NCBI GenBank assembly: GCA_964234715.1
Contig: OZ174279.1
Strand: one strand, 5' to 3'
Source: Podarcis melisellensis
Lineage: Eukaryota
DNA length: 64,000 nt
The notes beneath the pieces were generated by a model that ran no database searches, was not told where the DNA came from, and saw only the letters and a program-made list of their open reading frames with translations. Shown piece by piece: positions 60,782 through 64,000 of this stretch; position 1 is the first letter of the stretch; every line of letters starts with the position of its first letter. The translations under genes and the position numbers were made by a program.

Positions 60782-60938
60782 TCTCCTGGAACACTGTAGA
60801 AAACATAAGTACCTTGCCAAAAATGGTGAAAATTTTGTTAAACTTGTGGTTCGCTTGATGGAGAGACTTCTGGATTACAGAACCATTATGCATGATGAAA
60901 ACAAGGAAAACCGCATGAGCTGTACTGTCAATGTGCTG
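60782..60938 (+). CDS. DOCK1: DOCK1 internal exon (157 bp): (I)LLEHCRKHKYLAKNGENFVKLVVRLMERLLDYRTIMHDENKENRMSCTVNVL
   Basis: ttttcAG acceptor at 60780-60781; GTGAGT donor at 60939; conserved ERLLDYR..ENRMSCTVNVL; follows a short 189-bp intron. Confidence 0.97.
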
Positions 60939-62152
60939 GTGAGTGAGAAGAAATGAACTGGCTTAATTTAGAGTGGCTGCTGAATTTGTAAATGTAACAG
61001 TGGGGTCTTGCTAGGAAACATACCTTTTATTATTTTAGCAAGTTAAGAACAACAACCACAACCAATTTTAAAGCGAAACGTCATGAAATTAGATGCACAT
61101 AGTCTAATAGGAAAAATAGAACTGTTATGATGTTTGACCAAAGCTATTCATTTAAAAAAAAGAAATCAAATGCAGATTTGCACAATTTTACAGTCAGTGT
61201 GGCCCAAGTGTTCAGAAATTCAGATAAATATGAAAGCTTTTATCTAAGGATGAGGACGCGAGATGAACTTAGGTGTTCAGAAAAGTTTGATAATCAAAGT
61301 TAAGATCATTGGGCTTCCTCACGACATACTTGATGCTTTAATAAGCTTAGGAATACTTGCAGAATATGCAACTTACTGTTTAAAACTATATCTCTGATTG
61401 GTATTTGTACTGCATGAGTGTACTGTTGGTAAACTGAGCTATCGTTTAAGAGGCTATCCACCTAATTATTTAACTTTTGTGTCAGTAGTAGTGCTATTAC
61501 TTAATTTGGGGAGGGGAGAGAGTCCTTGGAAGTAGCTATTGATTATGAGCTGTAGAGTGAAATGTGGATTGCTTTTAGAAGAGACTGCCTGCTTTTCTGA
61601 ATAGAATTAGAGTGACAAGATTCTGCCTGTTGGAAACTTTACAGGATTTTTTTTTTTTTAAAAAGGCACTAGGATTGCTTCCATTGCTTTTTCAAAAGTT
61701 ATAAAGGAAATTAGAGCAATTTATCAAACTGGAAAAGTTTAAGAGGTTTATTTTTCTAGCTCTTCTCTATAACTTGTATTTGTTGCGTTACCTCTATTTT
61801 CAATTCCCCAGATCCTCACTTCTGAAGTGTATTAATTCATTTGCAGCATGGGTTTGCTGTCATAATCCATCTAAGTACACTGCAAATACAAGGAAAAGAA
61901 GATCCGGTGATAAAATCTAACTTCAGTAAAATAGCCTGGTTATTAAAAAATGACAAGAGTCATGTGGCTCCTTTAAAGTGTGTGGGCTTTTTAGAGCTAC
62001 AGGCTACTTTGTTAGATACACGAAGAGGAATCTTCATAGGCTTATGTACAGTACAGAAGAAACATCAGTGCATGCAAAGGATACAGCGAGCAGGTGGACA
62101 TGAGGCTTTACTAAGTTGGTCTGTTAGCAAATTGTGTCTCAAATGAGAGATA

Positions 62153-62411
62153 ACGTATTTTTGGCTCTATAAGACTCACCAGACCACAAGACGCACCTAG
62201 TTTTTGAAGGAGGAAAATGAGAAAAAAATATATTCTGAATTTCAGAAGCCAGAACTGCAAGAGGGATCGCTGTGCAGCGAAAGCAGCGATCCCTCTTGCT
62301 GTTCTGGCTTCTGGGATAGCTGCGCAGCCTGCATTCGCTCCATAAGACGCACACACATTTCCCCTTACTTTTTAGGAGGGAAAAAGTGAGTCTTATAGAG
62401 CAAAAAATGCG
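62153..62411. mobile_element. 259-bp CCGTA-TIR MITE with a central long hairpin
   Basis: TA flanks; colinear with 51522-51780. Confidence 0.88.
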
Positions 62412-63112
62412 TACTTCATAATGACACTATTGGGGGGTTTTCTTCCAAGGCAATTTCCACCTTCAGGATTGTTATTTTCCGTAAGAGTAGCCCATTGTTG
62501 GAGTTACTATAGCATAAAGTATACTTCACTTTCAGATTTCACTCTGAATTCCATCTCAGTCTGTCGAGCTTGAAAACGTTCATCAAGTTCTTGCTATATT
62601 GAAAGTAAGAAGGTGTGACAACAGGAGAAACATGCATTCTTTTTATTAAGTGAATTATTCCTTACCAAATTAAGCATGCAAAGTGCTCTGTTATTTTCTT
62701 TCTCATTAATCCTCACAACAGTCCTGTCAAGTTGTTTTTTTAAAAAAAATCCAGTACTTAAGAAAGTATTAGATTCAAGAATGTATGATTTATTACCAAA
62801 ACTACTTTGAAATTTGAAATTTCATTTTAGCACATTATGTTGTTTTGTACATTAGAAAGCCGAGAAAAGCTAATGGTGTATGACTTGAAAATGCCCTACC
62901 CTGAAAATACTGAATCTCTGCAGTGAAATGTAAAGTACTATTTGCAGATTTCACAGTTATAAGAATGTATGAGCTCCTTTAACCAGGAGCAAGTTTCATG
63001 TCACAGTTTGAGGCTAATGTTACGTGGCTATGAGTTTCTAATGTAATAAATATGCCTAATATATGTATGGCTCACTGACAAATCTCTAATGTCTTTTCTT
63101 TTCTTGTTCCAG

Positions 63113-63153
63113 AATTTCTACAAAGAGATTGAAAGAGAAGAAATGTACATAAG
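63113..63153 (+). CDS. DOCK1: DOCK1 internal exon (41 bp): NFYKEIEREEMYI(R), approximately the start of the DHR-2/DOCKER domain
   Basis: Long polypyrimidine tract and ccAG at 63111-63112; donor GTTTGT at 63154; lies inside ORF 63089..63319. Confidence 0.95.
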
Positions 63154-64000
63154 GTTTGTAAACCTAACTTTATTAGACATTGTGTTTCTTATAAAGCAAG
63201 AGGGCTGTGGGATTGCACTAATAAAAGGAACAGATAATCTGTTCTGCTCACATGAGTCTGTAAGATTAATTAAATGTGTTCTTTCGTTCATATGCCCAAT
63301 ATACAATTTGCATTTCTGACTGTTCCTGCAATCTTCAAAACTGAGTCTGTGTTCTGTTAAGAGAAATGCTAGAAATGTGGTGTGGCTCCTCTTGTTTTTT
63401 TTATAATTAGGTTGATTCTTAAATGTTTAAATATTTAGGATATTGTATATTTTAGGTATATATAGATGTCTAGTCTATTGCTTCCACACCACTTTTCTCC
63501 AGAATGGAATCATTTGTTCGCTTAAGGTTGTATCCCACATGAATCATACTTAGAGTAGACCCATTAAAATTGATGGACATAACTTAGGTCCATTACTTTC
63601 AATAGGTCTGTTATGAATAAAACTTACCTTTTAACAGAGAATCCAAGCATTAGTGATTAGTTGCTTCCCTGTCTTGTATATTTGTCTTCTCATTTTCCCC
63701 GCCCCAACCAGGGTTTTTTTGTAATTAAAACACAGCTGTACTGGATAAAACGTGAATTTACGTTTCTCCCTTCTACCAGCCTTTTAAGTAGCTATTTTTC
63801 CTCTTTCTCCTCTTCTTTCATAGACACTGTTGCTTCTCGCATGCTGGCCCTTTTATTTTATTTTGTGTCCCCCCCCCCCCACTGAAATTGTTTCTGTTCG
63901 TTGCTTAGGGGTGCAGGGGGGTGTTTTAATTACTTGTTTTCTCTTTTCAGCTAGACTGATTGCTCATTAATTTTTATTGTACTTTTTATTGTCCCAACTG

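Noticed and set aside
63930-63980. Strong-looking splice acceptor (ttttctcttttcAG at 63949-63950) as the next DOCK1 exon
   Set aside because: The downstream sequence does not encode the expected YLYKL... peptide and reaches a stop codon quickly in the required phase.

Overview
Vertebrate genomic DNA. The repeat content (Sauria SINE, BovB, CR1, Penelope-like elements, Tigger and hAT MITEs) points to a squamate reptile, probably a lacertid lizard (inference). The whole window lies inside the DOCK1 (DOCK180) gene on the + strand. Seven internal coding exons (79, 101, 59, 155, 86, 157 and 41 bp) have GT-AG boundaries and continuous reading phase, and encode the helical region running into the start of the DHR-2 domain. 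The rest is intron with densely nested transposable elements. The notable ones are: (1) an apparently intact 3.73-kb Tigger/pogo DNA transposon with TIRs, TA TSD and a 566-aa DD36D transposase, whose leader holds a ~145-bp tandem array and what looks like a two-intron spliced 5'UTR; (2) a young 5'-truncated Penelope/Poseidon-type element (RT + GIY-YIG) in a (TA)n microsatellite together with a solo LTR; (3) minimal hammerhead ribozyme motifs in two different Penelope-like families; (4) a CCGTA-TIR MITE family with modular, covarying hairpin cargo; (5) a 147-bp hAT MITE with telomeric-type repeats. I found no evidence for a wholly new multi-gene system. The best candidates for undescribed biology are the Tigger architecture, the ribozyme-bearing fold-back elements and the hairpin-modular MITEs. 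Most short ORFs in the supplied track are repeat-derived or spurious.
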